The translations under genes and the position numbers were made by a program. DNA of 64,000 nt from Candidatus Nanosyncoccus sp. (GTDB lineage: Bacteria > Patescibacteriota > Saccharimonadia > Saccharimonadales > Saccharimonadaceae): assembly GCA_045632725.1 (NCBI GenBank), contig JAZQXF010000038.1:10179-74178 (forward strand), written 5' to 3'. Under the pieces are notes generated by a model that saw only the letters and a list, made by a program, of their open reading frames with translations, did no database searches and had not been told where the DNA came from. Below, piece by piece: positions 43,066-52,833 of this stretch. Positions within the stretch are counted from its first letter, which is position 1. Each line of letters begins with the position of its first letter.

Positions 43066-44487
43066 TTATTTAGTTTTGTCTTTTCCTTTTTCCTTTTTTC
43101 TTACTAAATATTTTTTGACTAAAGAGAATCTACGGACAATCTCATGTCTAAATTCATAAATCAAGTATGCTACCCCCACACCCACCAACCCAATTACCGC
43201 ATATAACGCTACAAAAGAAGATTCTTCTTCATAACTTTCCGGCTCCAAACTATAACTTGCCCCCGTATTCTGTACTATTTTTCTACACCTATTTGTCTCA
43301 GGATTCAGATAATACCCCTCCTTACAAGTCTTCTCCTCTGCGACTTTCGCCTTATTACACCGCCCAGTCAAAATATTTAAATAATATCCTTCGGCACAAA
43401 CCTTTTCCGACACCGCCGCCACTTTCACGCAATTACCCGTTGCTTCATTAATGACTTTTCCTTCCTCACAGGTTCTAAATTCTTGATAATCATTTGGCTT
43501 GCCCAAAGTCACTGCATAAGTCACTTTCCAAATTTCTTCACCCTTTTCATCATATCCCACTAGTATATACGAAGTACCTTTACGCTGCCCATTTGGATAG
43601 TTCAAAATATCTACCACAGTTCCATCCACATCTACTATCTCTAAAGTATTAAAATTAGTTGGATTCTTTGTCAGGCTAAATTCAGTTGGATAATATACAT
43701 AATGGCCTTCCGCGCCAACTATTCCATGCAAATCGTAATTCTTGTTCTTATACCGTATCTGACACCCATCCAACAAAACTTGTTCTGGTCCAAAATTATA
43801 TATCTCAATAAACTGTTCAGTTTTGGAAGTCTCGTAATAACTTAAAATTTCCGAAAATTGCAAACCCTTGCACTGACTCACGACTTGGCCATAACCTTCA
43901 TCATCTTTTACATCATCAACATAATAACTCTCAGCATCATATTTAACCTCATATTTATTTACATCCATATGTTCAAATTCGCCTGTCTCCAAATTTCTTG
44001 CCAGTAATGTTGGAGTTGCTGATTTAAAGTCTTTATAACAACCATCTTTTCCTGTCCAACATACCACATCTACCACTTCCTCGCCTCTTTTTAGTTCCAC
44101 TCCACCCTTAAAAGCCAACGTTTTGCTATAGTTCACGGCCGCCAGCTCGCCCTCGGGCGAGCTGGCTAAGCGAAGGAGGATGGTCTCGCCAGTCATCAGA
44201 CTATTCTCGGGAAATTCTACCAATACGGCATAGTTCCCGCTTGAATTAGTATAGCCAATAGTCATGCCAGCGAGCGAAATCGGTGTGTCGGATTCTTTGC
44301 GGCCAATCTCTATCATTTCTCCGACATTGTTTTTGCCATCTACCATATATCCCGGATTGATAGCTTTAATATAAATCTCTGGAATCTCTGAACTAAATTC
44401 TACCGCCCCCACATTGTAGCCCACCAACAACATTCCCAATAGAATCACCCCACAAATTCCACCTAAAAATATTTTAATATTTTTCAT
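43066..44487 (-). CDS. lamin-tail-domain (LTD)-like surface protein with Cys-rich repeats and C-terminal TM anchor
   Basis: Two LTD-like segments (EIYIKAINPGYM...EMIEIGRK; FSEILSYY...QFIEIYNFGPEQVLLDGCQI), repeats CAEGYYLNILTGRC / CKEGYYLNPETNRC, and a TM segment near the C-terminus. Confidence 0.5.
   Translation of the reverse strand: MKNIKIFLGGICGVILLGMLLVGYNVGAVEFSSEIPEIYIKAINPGYMVDGKNNVGEMIEIGRKESDTPISLAGMTIGYTNSSGNYAVLVEFPENSLMTGETILLRLASSPEGELAAVNYSKTLAFKGGVELKRGEEVVDVVCWTGKDGCYKDFKSATPTLLARNLETGEFEHMDVNKYEVKYDAESYYVDDVKDDEGYGQVVSQCKGLQFSEILSYYETSKTEQFIEIYNFGPEQVLLDGCQIRYKNKNYDLHGIVGAEGHYVYYPTEFSLTKNPTNFNTLEIVDVDGTVVDILNYPNGQRKGTSYILVGYDEKGEEIWKVTYAVTLGKPNDYQEFRTCEEGKVINEATGNCVKVAAVSEKVCAEGYYLNILTGRCNKAKVAEEKTCKEGYYLNPETNRCRKIVQNTGASYSLEPESYEEESSFVALYAVIGLVGVGVAYLIYEFRHEIVRRFSLVKKYLVRKKEKGKDKTK
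44141..44166. repeat. isolated perfect GC-rich hairpin inside the LTD-protein gene
   Basis: GCCAGCTCGCCC-TC-GGGCGAGCTGGC (12-bp perfect stem), translated as ...ASSPEGELAA... Confidence 0.6.
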
Positions 44488-44547
44488 GTTCCCATCTCTA
44501 ACACACCAATACTAGAAAATCAACCCCCACCATGTTATAATTTAAGC

Positions 44548-45255
44548 ATGGGCTTTTTCATATCCTTAGGAATCGTTATCCTGTCTATGCTTATCATGGC
44601 TTCTTTGCAGTTACAGCCCGGTGTTTTCGCTCTTCTTAACCATTACGCTTCCGGTAAATATTCTAAAGCCAGAGCTTCAGATCTCACACTTTTCTTTATT
44701 ATTGGCGCCGAAACCGCCGCCGCCTGCCTATTTTTATGTTCCTACTATTTGGCTAACCTATTCTTCTTCTACCAATTTCGCCCCGAAACTAGTTTCTTTG
44801 CCTGGATTCTAGTTGGTGTTCTAGCCGCCCTTGCCATCATGAGCCTTTTCTTCTACTTTCGTCCTGGCCCAGGTACTAGACTATTCATTTCTAGAAAATG
44901 TGCCAAGAATCTCGATGCTCATGCCAGACTTGCAAAATCTCGCTCCGATGCTTTTGCATTAGGCGCCCTCTCTAGCATCTGTGAATTAATTTTTACTCTA
45001 CCACTATATATTATTACTTCCGCTGAAATCATGGAAATGACCGTAGAGTTCTTTCCTAGCTATATCCTCACTATCCTTTACATTGTAATCCCTACCATTC
45101 CACTCTTTATTATCCGTTGGCGTTTTCAGGCTGGCCACAACCTCGCTAACATTGAACGCTCACGCATCAAAGATAAAAACTTCACCCGCATTATTTTATT
45201 CTTCAGCTATATATCAATTATTATTCTCTTTATTTATTTTAGGATTATTGCATAA
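44548..45255 (+). CDS. polytopic membrane protein, unknown function
   Basis: 235 aa with ~6 hydrophobic helices. Start 6 nt after CATGTTATAAT. Confidence 0.5.
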   Translation: MGFFISLGIVILSMLIMASLQLQPGVFALLNHYASGKYSKARASDLTLFFIIGAETAAACLFLCSYYLANLFFFYQFRPETSFFAWILVGVLAALAIMSLFFYFRPGPGTRLFISRKCAKNLDAHARLAKSRSDAFALGALSSICELIFTLPLYIITSAEIMEMTVEFFPSYILTILYIVIPTIPLFIIRWRFQAGHNLANIERSRIKDKNFTRIILFFSYISIIILFIYFRIIA

Positions 45256-45494
45256 TGGATATTACTAACGATAAAAATCTAATTAAAAATCTCAAGATCG
45301 ATGCCAAAGCCGTAGGCATTCCTGCCGGTGCCGCCGATATCTTTATCGAAGAATCCCTAAAAGCTGTCTCAAAGACCTTAAAAGCCAAAAAAATCATCAC
45401 GAACAAGGACTTAGATAGGGCCATCACAAAAGAACTCAAGAAATACAACACCGATTTAGCTTATGTTTATGAAAATCGTGATAAAATAATATAA
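45255..45494 (+). CDS. hypothetical small protein
   Basis: 79 aa. TAATG coupling with the upstream gene, and its stop abuts the next start. Confidence 0.4.
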   Translation: MDITNDKNLIKNLKIDAKAVGIPAGAADIFIEESLKAVSKTLKAKKIITNKDLDRAITKELKKYNTDLAYVYENRDKII

Positions 45495-46868
45495 ATGGGT
45501 AGGAAATACGATTTTGACTATATGATTATTGGTAGTGGCCCAGCCGGATCTGCTGCTGCGCTTACCTTAGCCAAGTCCAAAAAGCGTATCGCTCTAGTAG
45601 AGGATAGATATTTTGGCGGCAGTAATCTCAATACTCGCGATGTTCCATACAGCATTGCTCTAGATTTTGCCCATACTTATCACAAGATCTCATATTCTCC
45701 CGAGTTTGCAAATCAAGATTTCTCATTTAATTTTCCCGCCATCATTACCCACCAGACAAAGACTATTATTAATTCTGGTGGCGGCAGCACGAGACAATTC
45801 TCCGATAACAGCAAAATTGTTTGTTTGCACGGGCGCGTTAATTTCCTAGACAGTAATACTATTGCTATCGATAATCAAAAATTCACCTCCCAGGCCTTTA
45901 TTCTAGCCACCGGCTCCCGCCCAAATACTTCCAATATTGCAGGCATTGATACGGTCAATTATCTCACACCCGAAACTGCCATCAAGATTCGCCGCTCCCC
46001 CAAAGCTGTCTTAGTCATTGGTGGTGGTTCCACCGGCTGCGAAATCGCCGAATACTACGCCAAGCTTGGCACCAAAGTCATCATCATGGAACAATCCAAC
46101 CGTATTTTACCATGCGAGGACAAAGAAGCTAGCACTACCATTACCGACTACTTCACCAACGAACTCGGCATCATGGTCCTCGCAAACTGCAAAGTCATCG
46201 CCCTAGAGCAAGATGAAATATCCAAACGCATAATTTTCCGTAATAATCGCACCGAAAAGATGGTACGAGTGGACTGCATCGTTCTTGCTACCGGCAGTCT
46301 GCCCAATACCGACCTCGGCCTAGAAAACGCCAAAGTAAAATACACTGCTTCTGGTATCAAAGTTGACAAATTCTTCCAAACTTCAGCCAAAAACATCTAC
46401 GCCATAGGCGATTGTATTGGCGGCAACTCCTCCACCGAACGCGCCAATTATGAAGGAAAGCTCCTAGCTACCAACCTTGGCAGTAAATCCAAAAACATTA
46501 TTAATTATACAGGTTTTGCTCGCACCACCAACACCTGTCCCGCCATCGTTACGGTCGGTTTTAGTGAAAACGATCTCATCCACTGCAAGCGTAAATACAG
46601 TAAATCCATCTTCTACCTAAAAGACACTTCTGCCGGCAAAATTTTCCATACACAATACGGTTTTGTCAAACTTCTTGCCGATCATGCCAATCACATCATT
46701 GGCGGCTGTATTGTCTCACCAAACGCCGAGTCCATGTCGGGCGAGCTCGCACTTGTCATACGTCATAAACTTGCAGCTATCGAACTTGCCAGTACTCCGC
46801 ACATCGCCAACGATTTTAGCTACACCATTAAATTAGCCGCTGAAAAATTAGTCAAACACAAAAAATAA
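45495..46868 (+). CDS. FAD-dependent pyridine nucleotide-disulfide oxidoreductase family protein lacking the redox-active CxxxxC
   Basis: IIGSGPAGSAAAL (FAD), VIGGGSTGCEIAEYY (NAD), AIGDC. The expected GGTCLNVGCIP reads GGSNLNTRDVP. Confidence 0.75.
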   Translation: MGRKYDFDYMIIGSGPAGSAAALTLAKSKKRIALVEDRYFGGSNLNTRDVPYSIALDFAHTYHKISYSPEFANQDFSFNFPAIITHQTKTIINSGGGSTRQFSDNSKIVCLHGRVNFLDSNTIAIDNQKFTSQAFILATGSRPNTSNIAGIDTVNYLTPETAIKIRRSPKAVLVIGGGSTGCEIAEYYAKLGTKVIIMEQSNRILPCEDKEASTTITDYFTNELGIMVLANCKVIALEQDEISKRIIFRNNRTEKMVRVDCIVLATGSLPNTDLGLENAKVKYTASGIKVDKFFQTSAKNIYAIGDCIGGNSSTERANYEGKLLATNLGSKSKNIINYTGFARTTNTCPAIVTVGFSENDLIHCKRKYSKSIFYLKDTSAGKIFHTQYGFVKLLADHANHIIGGCIVSPNAESMSGELALVIRHKLAAIELASTPHIANDFSYTIKLAAEKLVKHKK

Positions 46869-46929
46869 TCAGCCCTAAATTCAGCCTGAGTTAGGGGGGT
46901 AACTCAAGCTGAACTTAAAACTGATTATT
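46866..46929. terminator. long imperfect hairpin between the oxidoreductase gene and tRNA-fMet
   Basis: TTCAGCCTGAGTTA-GGGGGG-TAACTCAAGCTGAA, extended by outer TAATCAG/CTGATTA pairing. Confidence 0.6.
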
Positions 46930-46934
46930 AATTT

Positions 46935-47011
46935 TGGTTGTGGGGGCTGGATTTGAACCAGCGACCTTTTGGTTATGAGCCAAACGAGCTACCAGGCTGC
47001 TCTACCCCACG
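46935..47011 (-). tRNA. initiator tRNA-fMet (CAT)
   Basis: Hand-folded: C1xA72 mismatch, A11:U24, anticodon loop CTCATAA, CCA encoded. Only two G:C pairs at the base of the anticodon stem. Confidence 0.8.
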
Positions 47012-47086
47012 ACATATCTTCATTATATCTCATCACGCCAAAATTGTCAAGGTTTTACCTCAATACCCCCCAACCAAATTCTAAGC

Positions 47087-48343
47087 TTAAAAATCCCACT
47101 CCGTGATCGGCGAAAGATTTTTCTTAATCAAAGAGCTATCGCCACTACCAAGTAGCTGTATGGCATACATAGGATAAGGATCTGCATTATCCGCCATATC
47201 CAATCGCACATCCACCCTACGATATAAATCATTCGCTCGCCCCGTGGAATCAATACTTACTTGCGTATTATTGATTGATATCGCTGTCGATTCTGTATCC
47301 TCAGTTATTTCACCATTCTCCACAAAACAACTACTCGTAGTACAGAATTCAAGCTTAACATCCGTGCTAGAGCCAGCATATGGCATAGATATAGCCACCA
47401 TAAAGGTATCGCTATTCCTACTGCCCCCCACTGGATCCGGCAATTCTATTGTTGCCGAACAGGCAAATTCATCGTTTTCGGCACAGTAAACCACATATGG
47501 TAAATTAGTAGTAGTTTTATCATTAGACTTCAAAAATCCCTCTTTACCAATATGCCCATTTTGAGCAACTTGATATTTCCCATCTACAGGCTCTATATTA
47601 GACTTATCAGTTGGCACCAAATACAACGTACCCCTATCGGTCTTATCTCCCACTGTCATATCGAAATCACTCAAACTAAATGTCTCCGCAGTTTGTATCA
47701 GCCCTACCGAAATCACCGGGGGCATCGGTGCCTTAGTATTAAAAATGCCACCATTGCTACCAAAATTCGAATTTTGATTCACTACATCCTCTTTATCACT
47801 CTGCCAACTTACTCTGATAGACTCTATTTCGCTAACATCTACTCCATCAAAATTAGCTCTTATCACCTTAGTAGGATCATTTCCAGTTAGAGTTGTCCGG
47901 TAATCACTTAATGCAGTCTTAACCACCACGCAAGTATAGGCCTGTTGCAAATTATTCCCACCAGCTCCTGTCTTTTCCTGCACCAATACACCCATTCCAT
48001 TACCGTTCTCATCTTTTTCGACCTCTCTTCCCAAAATCTCCGCCACCATATCACATTTATCCTTTGTACTATTAGAATTATTTGCCTCATCAAACCACTT
48101 TATAATCTCGCTGCAACCCTCAGCATTATTTTTTAAACAATTTCTGTAATTATAGAAAGCCAATTTCCCATCTTCCACACCGGCAAGCGCAGAATCATAT
48201 GCCGACTGCGCTAAATCATCATTGGAGGTACGTGCTATCTCCGAAATAATCACCGCTGCAAAACTCGCCGCTATAATCACTAAAATCAAAGTAGAAATTG
48301 CCACAATATAAAACGATGCTGCACCTTTTTTAAATTTTTTCAT
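47087..48343 (-). CDS. pilus-associated hypothetical protein (N-terminal TM anchor, follows two prepilin-like genes)
   Basis: MKKFKKGAASFYIVAISTLILVIIAASFAAVII. SD ggagga lies 4 nt before ATG 48343, within the end of the upstream gene. Confidence 0.5.
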   Translation of the reverse strand: MKKFKKGAASFYIVAISTLILVIIAASFAAVIISEIARTSNDDLAQSAYDSALAGVEDGKLAFYNYRNCLKNNAEGCSEIIKWFDEANNSNSTKDKCDMVAEILGREVEKDENGNGMGVLVQEKTGAGGNNLQQAYTCVVVKTALSDYRTTLTGNDPTKVIRANFDGVDVSEIESIRVSWQSDKEDVVNQNSNFGSNGGIFNTKAPMPPVISVGLIQTAETFSLSDFDMTVGDKTDRGTLYLVPTDKSNIEPVDGKYQVAQNGHIGKEGFLKSNDKTTTNLPYVVYCAENDEFACSATIELPDPVGGSRNSDTFMVAISMPYAGSSTDVKLEFCTTSSCFVENGEITEDTESTAISINNTQVSIDSTGRANDLYRRVDVRLDMADNADPYPMYAIQLLGSGDSSLIKKNLSPITEWDF

Positions 48344-48344
48344 T

Positions 48345-49211
48345 TTATCCTCCATTTGCTTGAACAGCAAAGTTAAATTTATTTATCGCACAATAATCAA
48401 AATTTGATTCATACTCACTTGGTGTTGCGCAAAAATTCCCACTAGACATCACATCAATCCCACCCTGCACCGTACCCAATATAAAAGAAACCGAATAAAA
48501 CATCGTATTAGCTTCATTTTTTGCTGGCGTTGGCGCATATAAACTATACAAAGCCAAAGCGTTATTATTACTATCGCTTAGCAAAACTTCTGGCTCCTCA
48601 CCTACTTCACCAATGCTAAAATCATTCGAATCAGACACGAAATATCTACCATCTTCTAATGCTCCTTTACACGCATTCCTATTCTCATCACGTGCCTTAA
48701 TCAATCGAAAATTCTCGGCAACCAAATCTGACCCTTCATACTTATACAATAATCTCGCCCGTGACACTCCAGAATTATCTTCCGTATAAAGATATCCGGA
48801 ATTCCACACATAAGAATATGCACCCGTGCAAAATGCACCATAAAGCGGCACATTCACAACATCCTTACCCTTTATTTTTATCTTATTGGAATTATTAGCA
48901 AACTTCCGTACCAAAACAAACTTCCGACCATTGTCACTTTTACAGGCATCTTCCTGGGCACTATTATTTCCATAAAGTTTCTCACACATTTCTATTATCT
49001 TTTCAGATGGCGAACCTTGTATTGCCGACCTCATATCATCCACCAAGTCCATACCTACCGTATTAATCTGATTCAAAGTTAACCCTCTCCGATAGGTCGA
49101 TATCGCATCATTAATAATCAAAGCTATAGTAATCGAGAGTATTGCAATAAAAGCTATCGAAAGTGACAACTCTACCAACGTAAAACCCTTCTTCATTCCC
49201 AGCTTTCGCAT
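48345..49211 (-). CDS. prepilin-type N-terminal cleavage/methylation domain protein (minor pilin-like)
   Basis: MRKLGMKKG/FTLVELSLSIAFIAILSITIALI is a class III signal peptide. Confidence 0.7.
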   Translation of the reverse strand: MRKLGMKKGFTLVELSLSIAFIAILSITIALIINDAISTYRRGLTLNQINTVGMDLVDDMRSAIQGSPSEKIIEMCEKLYGNNSAQEDACKSDNGRKFVLVRKFANNSNKIKIKGKDVVNVPLYGAFCTGAYSYVWNSGYLYTEDNSGVSRARLLYKYEGSDLVAENFRLIKARDENRNACKGALEDGRYFVSDSNDFSIGEVGEEPEVLLSDSNNNALALYSLYAPTPAKNEANTMFYSVSFILGTVQGGIDVMSSGNFCATPSEYESNFDYCAINKFNFAVQANGG

Positions 49212-49234
49212 ACCTTTATTATACCATAACCATC

Positions 49235-50011
49235 TTAAGAATTGCACCCTTCCCCATCCGACAAAATCTCTACCCCAGAAGCATTCCGCGCCCCAGCAAT
49301 AATCCTGATGCCCCTTCTCAAATTACTCTTCTCCGCACCATTAGGATTTACACAAAATACCACCTCCTCTTTTACAAACTTCTTTTCTTTGAGTAAGGGA
49401 CTCAAACTATTTTCCGCGCCAGTGGATCCTGGTCCCAATTTTGATACTATATCATCCACATCTATACTCTCGCCTAAATCCGCAAATGTATAAATAGTAC
49501 CAGAACCCGGATGTCTCACTATTAAAATCATGCCTTTAAAAACTTCGTAACCATTATCCCACCCAGCAGTGGTCTGAATCTGTGAATCCCACCTCGGGGT
49601 ATATTCATCCACAAATCCAACTGGCCTGAACTCACCATCATCTTGTATAATCACGTTCGCATCCAAGGCACTTAGTTTATCTAAAATATCGCCACCTACC
49701 AAATCATCTTCAATCTTTCCAATCACATTGTATGAAGCAATAGCATTTCTATTATTATCATTCCTAAATATTATTAACTTTCCGTATATAGCCTTATCCG
49801 TTCTACCTGTCCCCTCACTCTGCACATTGGATACCTGCGAATAAGTGCTTCGTAAAAACTCTGCAAAATTCTGCACGGCATCATTATAACGCTGCTGGAA
49901 AATCGAATTCTGTGTGCCCACCGCTATCCCCACAAAAATAGCCGCCGTAATCGCCAAAAACAGCGAGACCTCCACCAAAGTAAACCCGCACCTAAACTTC
50001 TTCATACCCAC
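49235..50011 (-). CDS. prepilin-type N-terminal cleavage/methylation domain protein (minor pilin-like)
   Basis: MKKFRCG/FTLVEVSLFLAITAAIFVGIAV. Confidence 0.7.
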   Translation of the reverse strand: MGMKKFRCGFTLVEVSLFLAITAAIFVGIAVGTQNSIFQQRYNDAVQNFAEFLRSTYSQVSNVQSEGTGRTDKAIYGKLIIFRNDNNRNAIASYNVIGKIEDDLVGGDILDKLSALDANVIIQDDGEFRPVGFVDEYTPRWDSQIQTTAGWDNGYEVFKGMILIVRHPGSGTIYTFADLGESIDVDDIVSKLGPGSTGAENSLSPLLKEKKFVKEEVVFCVNPNGAEKSNLRRGIRIIAGARNASGVEILSDGEGCNS

Positions 50012-50042
50012 ATTATATCACAAGCATTTTTATTTTAAAATT

Positions 50043-50477
50043 TTAATGACCCGGAAACAAGTACATCATCCATTTTTCAAAATTTGAATACACCCTTTCA
50101 TCCTGTTCGATTTTCGCCACCTTATGCTTGCTCTTCGCTGTTTCTGAATTTTCCGGCAACACTACCATATTTTCACCCGGCAACTTTTTATCCAAATACT
50201 TCCTAGCCAACAATTCCTGGTATTCCTCAGTTTGATAATATTCATTTTCAAGTTCCGCCGCCTCCACCTCTACGGTCAAAAGCTCCAGTTCTTTCTTTTC
50301 AGTCACCAAGGTCTCCGACAATTCCCAGTTTCTCGACATCGCTGCAATTGACTGATATGTCCACACTAAGCACAACACGATTGCGACTAATAACACCATA
50401 TTTTCTATCGTAAAAAAATCACGTTTCAGTCTAAACTTCGTACGCCGCAAATTATCCTTCAAGCTCATGCTTACCAT
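50043..50477 (-). CDS. septum formation initiator (FtsB/DivIC-like)
   Basis: Single TM plus coiled coil, then EEYQELLARKYLDKKLPGENMVVLP, typical of the DivIC/FtsB C-terminal motif. Confidence 0.6.
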   Translation of the reverse strand: MVSMSLKDNLRRTKFRLKRDFFTIENMVLLVAIVLCLVWTYQSIAAMSRNWELSETLVTEKKELELLTVEVEAAELENEYYQTEEYQELLARKYLDKKLPGENMVVLPENSETAKSKHKVAKIEQDERVYSNFEKWMMYLFPGH

Positions 50478-50506
50478 TATAGCATTTTGTGGTAAAATAG
50501 AGTAGC

Positions 50507-50583
50507 GGGGGTATAGCTCAGTTGGTCAGAGCATGCGTCTTATACACGCAGTGTCCTTGGTTCGAGTCCAAGTACCCCCACCA
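50507..50583 (+). tRNA. tRNA-Ile (TAT)
   Basis: Hand-folded: acceptor GGGGGTA/TACCCCC, anticodon arm TGCGT-CTTATAC-ACGCA (anticodon TAT), T arm CTTGG-TTCGAGT-CCAAG, CCA encoded. Confidence 0.8.
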
Positions 50584-50624
50584 TAGAAACAAAAAAGACC
50601 TTGAGGTCTTTTTTTGTTTCTATA
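50584..50624 (+). terminator. terminator after tRNA-Ile(TAT)
   Basis: AAAAAAGACC-TTGA-GGTCTTTTTTT. Confidence 0.8.
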
Positions 50625-50733
50625 ATAGGTACTTGGATAAGACAAAGATTCGCCATCTCAAATTTACCACTCCCCCACACAAAAAGAGACTACTGTCGCA
50701 GTCTCTTTTTCGCACCTAATTAACTTGCGTTGG

Positions 50734-50940
50734 TTAAGCCTTTTTCTTCAAAGTCAAGAAACCATTGCGCGGATTCTCACAAACCATCCGGTCTGCAGGA
50801 AGATCACATGGTGTACCCTTACCGCCTTCAGCATCCTTAGTGAAGAAGTAGATAGTCTGAGGTTTGCCACCACGAAGAGTTACTTCAGATTTATGAAGGT
50901 AGTACTTTACTCCCTTGCCGTTAGTATGTTCGTAAGCCAT
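50734..50940 (-). CDS. small conserved-looking hypothetical protein
   Basis: 68 aa MAYEHTNGKGVKYYLHKSEVTLRGGKPQTIYFF... Terminator 50681-50711 downstream. Confidence 0.45.
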   Translation of the reverse strand: MAYEHTNGKGVKYYLHKSEVTLRGGKPQTIYFFTKDAEGGKGTPCDLPADRMVCENPRNGFLTLKKKA

Positions 50941-51027
50941 TTAAGCTTCCTCCTTAAGTTAATATATTCCTATCTTATGACCCTATAAAATAATTGTCAA
51001 GAGGTTCAAGAAGTAAATCTAGCTAAA

Positions 51028-51702
51028 TTACATAAATAATAGAGACAACCTCAATACTATCCACACTATTCCTCTAATAAAAATTACAACGATTATCGCA
51101 AGCGTAATCAATATCATAAACCCAGTTAAAGTTGGCGCCCACAGCGGCGAAGCGTATTCTTTACGATACAATTCTGTAGATGGCAGATTCGCCGCAATTG
51201 TATCATTTATTTCATCCGCTGCTGGATACTTCTGGATCTCGCCTACCATACAATTTATATAATTTGGGTCACTCCAACTCCACCCATTCACAATCGCCTG
51301 CGGCCGACATATTTCCGATGCCATTTGATAAACATTTCCATTCGGATTAGCATCGGAAGCAATCGTTTTTTCTGCCTCCTCTAGAGCCTTATTTGCCGCC
51401 CTGATGTACTGGTGTTCCATATAAAATGGACCGGTACCAAACATCACTTTCTGATTACCATTATCATCCACTACATTTATTACGATATTAGAAAAAACAA
51501 AACTTTTTAACTTTTCTAAGCTTCGCAGTATTTCTTCATCATCTTCATTTTTATCCGCTTCCAATACCGCATCACGCAACTCAGTCATATGAACATGATC
51601 CACTCTTAGAAGCGTTGCATCCACAAAAAGTAGTGGCACCAATATTACCCAAAGCTTCCAGGTCTTCACTCGATGAAATTTAAAACGCCCACGCTTCTTC
51701 AT
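51028..51702 (-). CDS. membrane protein, unknown function
   Basis: 224 aa with N- and C-terminal TM helices. Confidence 0.45.
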   Translation of the reverse strand: MKKRGRFKFHRVKTWKLWVILVPLLFVDATLLRVDHVHMTELRDAVLEADKNEDDEEILRSLEKLKSFVFSNIVINVVDDNGNQKVMFGTGPFYMEHQYIRAANKALEEAEKTIASDANPNGNVYQMASEICRPQAIVNGWSWSDPNYINCMVGEIQKYPAADEINDTIAANLPSTELYRKEYASPLWAPTLTGFMILITLAIIVVIFIRGIVWIVLRLSLLFM

Positions 51703-51911
51703 ATTATATATATTATACCATAATCACTTAAAAATTTTACCCCTAGCTCACCCCTTTAGTATACTTAGAAGATAAAATACTTTATGCTTGCAAACTTCAA
51801 AATCCTTTGCTAGAATAATCATTGTTGCTTATATTTTCCCAATAGACTTCAAGTCTTTCGCGAGGTGGGTCGGTCGTAAAAGCAATAAACATTAAGGAGA
51901 AAATTAGATAC

Positions 51912-51998
51912 ATGCGTATCAAACGACTGAAACGTTCCGTAGAGCGTAAAAAGTCAACCATCCCTCCTGCCGCCTGGCAAGAGTTTATTGAAATCTAA
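51912..51998 (+). CDS. candidate 28-aa basic small protein with its own promoter, structured leader and terminator
   Basis: Promoter TTGCAA-N17-TAGAAT (51788-51816), SD aaggag, MRIKRLKRSVERKKSTIPPAAWQEFIEI*, hairpin + T-run 52006-52036. Confidence 0.35.
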   Translation: MRIKRLKRSVERKKSTIPPAAWQEFIEI

Positions 51999-52043
51999 CT
52001 TCAATCAAAAATAGCTCCCAAAGGAGCTATTTTTTGTCTTTAG

Positions 52044-52802
52044 CTATTCACTCAATTTTGCCGCCACGATATCTTTTAAAAGTTTCGTAAAATCATCGCC
52101 AGACCTTGCCGAATCCCAAGAAATTGTCTTTCCGTTTATCGTTACCTCACCTGCACCGCTCCAATTTATCAATTGTCCATCTACATAAAACGCCGGAGTG
52201 CCACCTACATCAATCCTCTTCGATATCCCCATATCAAAGCTAATCTTTTTCGATACATTCTCACTTGCTATGTCCTGATTAAACTTCTCCAAGTCACCCT
52301 TGCCATTAGTTACTTCCTCAAAGTACTTATTGAATAGCTCGGTGCGTTCACTAGCTGAAGCATATTCCCATTCTGACTGCTCAGCAAAAAGCTTATCTGC
52401 ATATTCTTTCCAATACCCCTGCAACCCTGCCGCTTCCGCTGCTGATGCTGCCGCTGTACCATTTTGATGATAAGACAAAAGAAAACTACGGTAAACCACA
52501 GCAAGCTTTCCATCCAACTTTTCTATTACCTTATTAACCTTTGGATTAATCGAGGCGCAACCCGGGCACTGATAATCTGCATATTCAAAAATCAACACCG
52601 GCGCATCCGCGCTACCTTTTACATGATCACCAATATTACCATTATCCTTAGTTGGCCCTATTACCGAATAAAAATCATATGCATTAAAATCTGTCGCTTT
52701 ACTATTTCCATCAATAATAAGATAAGTCGCAACCGCCAAAAAAGCCACCACTGCCACCCCGACAATAGCGCCCACAACACTAAAACCTTTTTTCTTTTTC
52801 AT
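52044..52802 (-). CDS. DsbA-family thiol:disulfide oxidoreductase, membrane-anchored
   Basis: N-terminal TM, then active site YADYQCPGCA. Confidence 0.75.
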   Translation of the reverse strand: MKKKKGFSVVGAIVGVAVVAFLAVATYLIIDGNSKATDFNAYDFYSVIGPTKDNGNIGDHVKGSADAPVLIFEYADYQCPGCASINPKVNKVIEKLDGKLAVVYRSFLLSYHQNGTAAASAAEAAGLQGYWKEYADKLFAEQSEWEYASASERTELFNKYFEEVTNGKGDLEKFNQDIASENVSKKISFDMGISKRIDVGGTPAFYVDGQLINWSGAGEVTINGKTISWDSARSGDDFTKLLKDIVAAKLSE

Positions 52803-52833
52803 ATAACTCCTTTAATGATATAATGATTATATC

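Noticed and set aside
50522-50719. 65-aa plus ORF
   Set aside because: It starts inside tRNA-Ile(TAT) and runs through two terminators.
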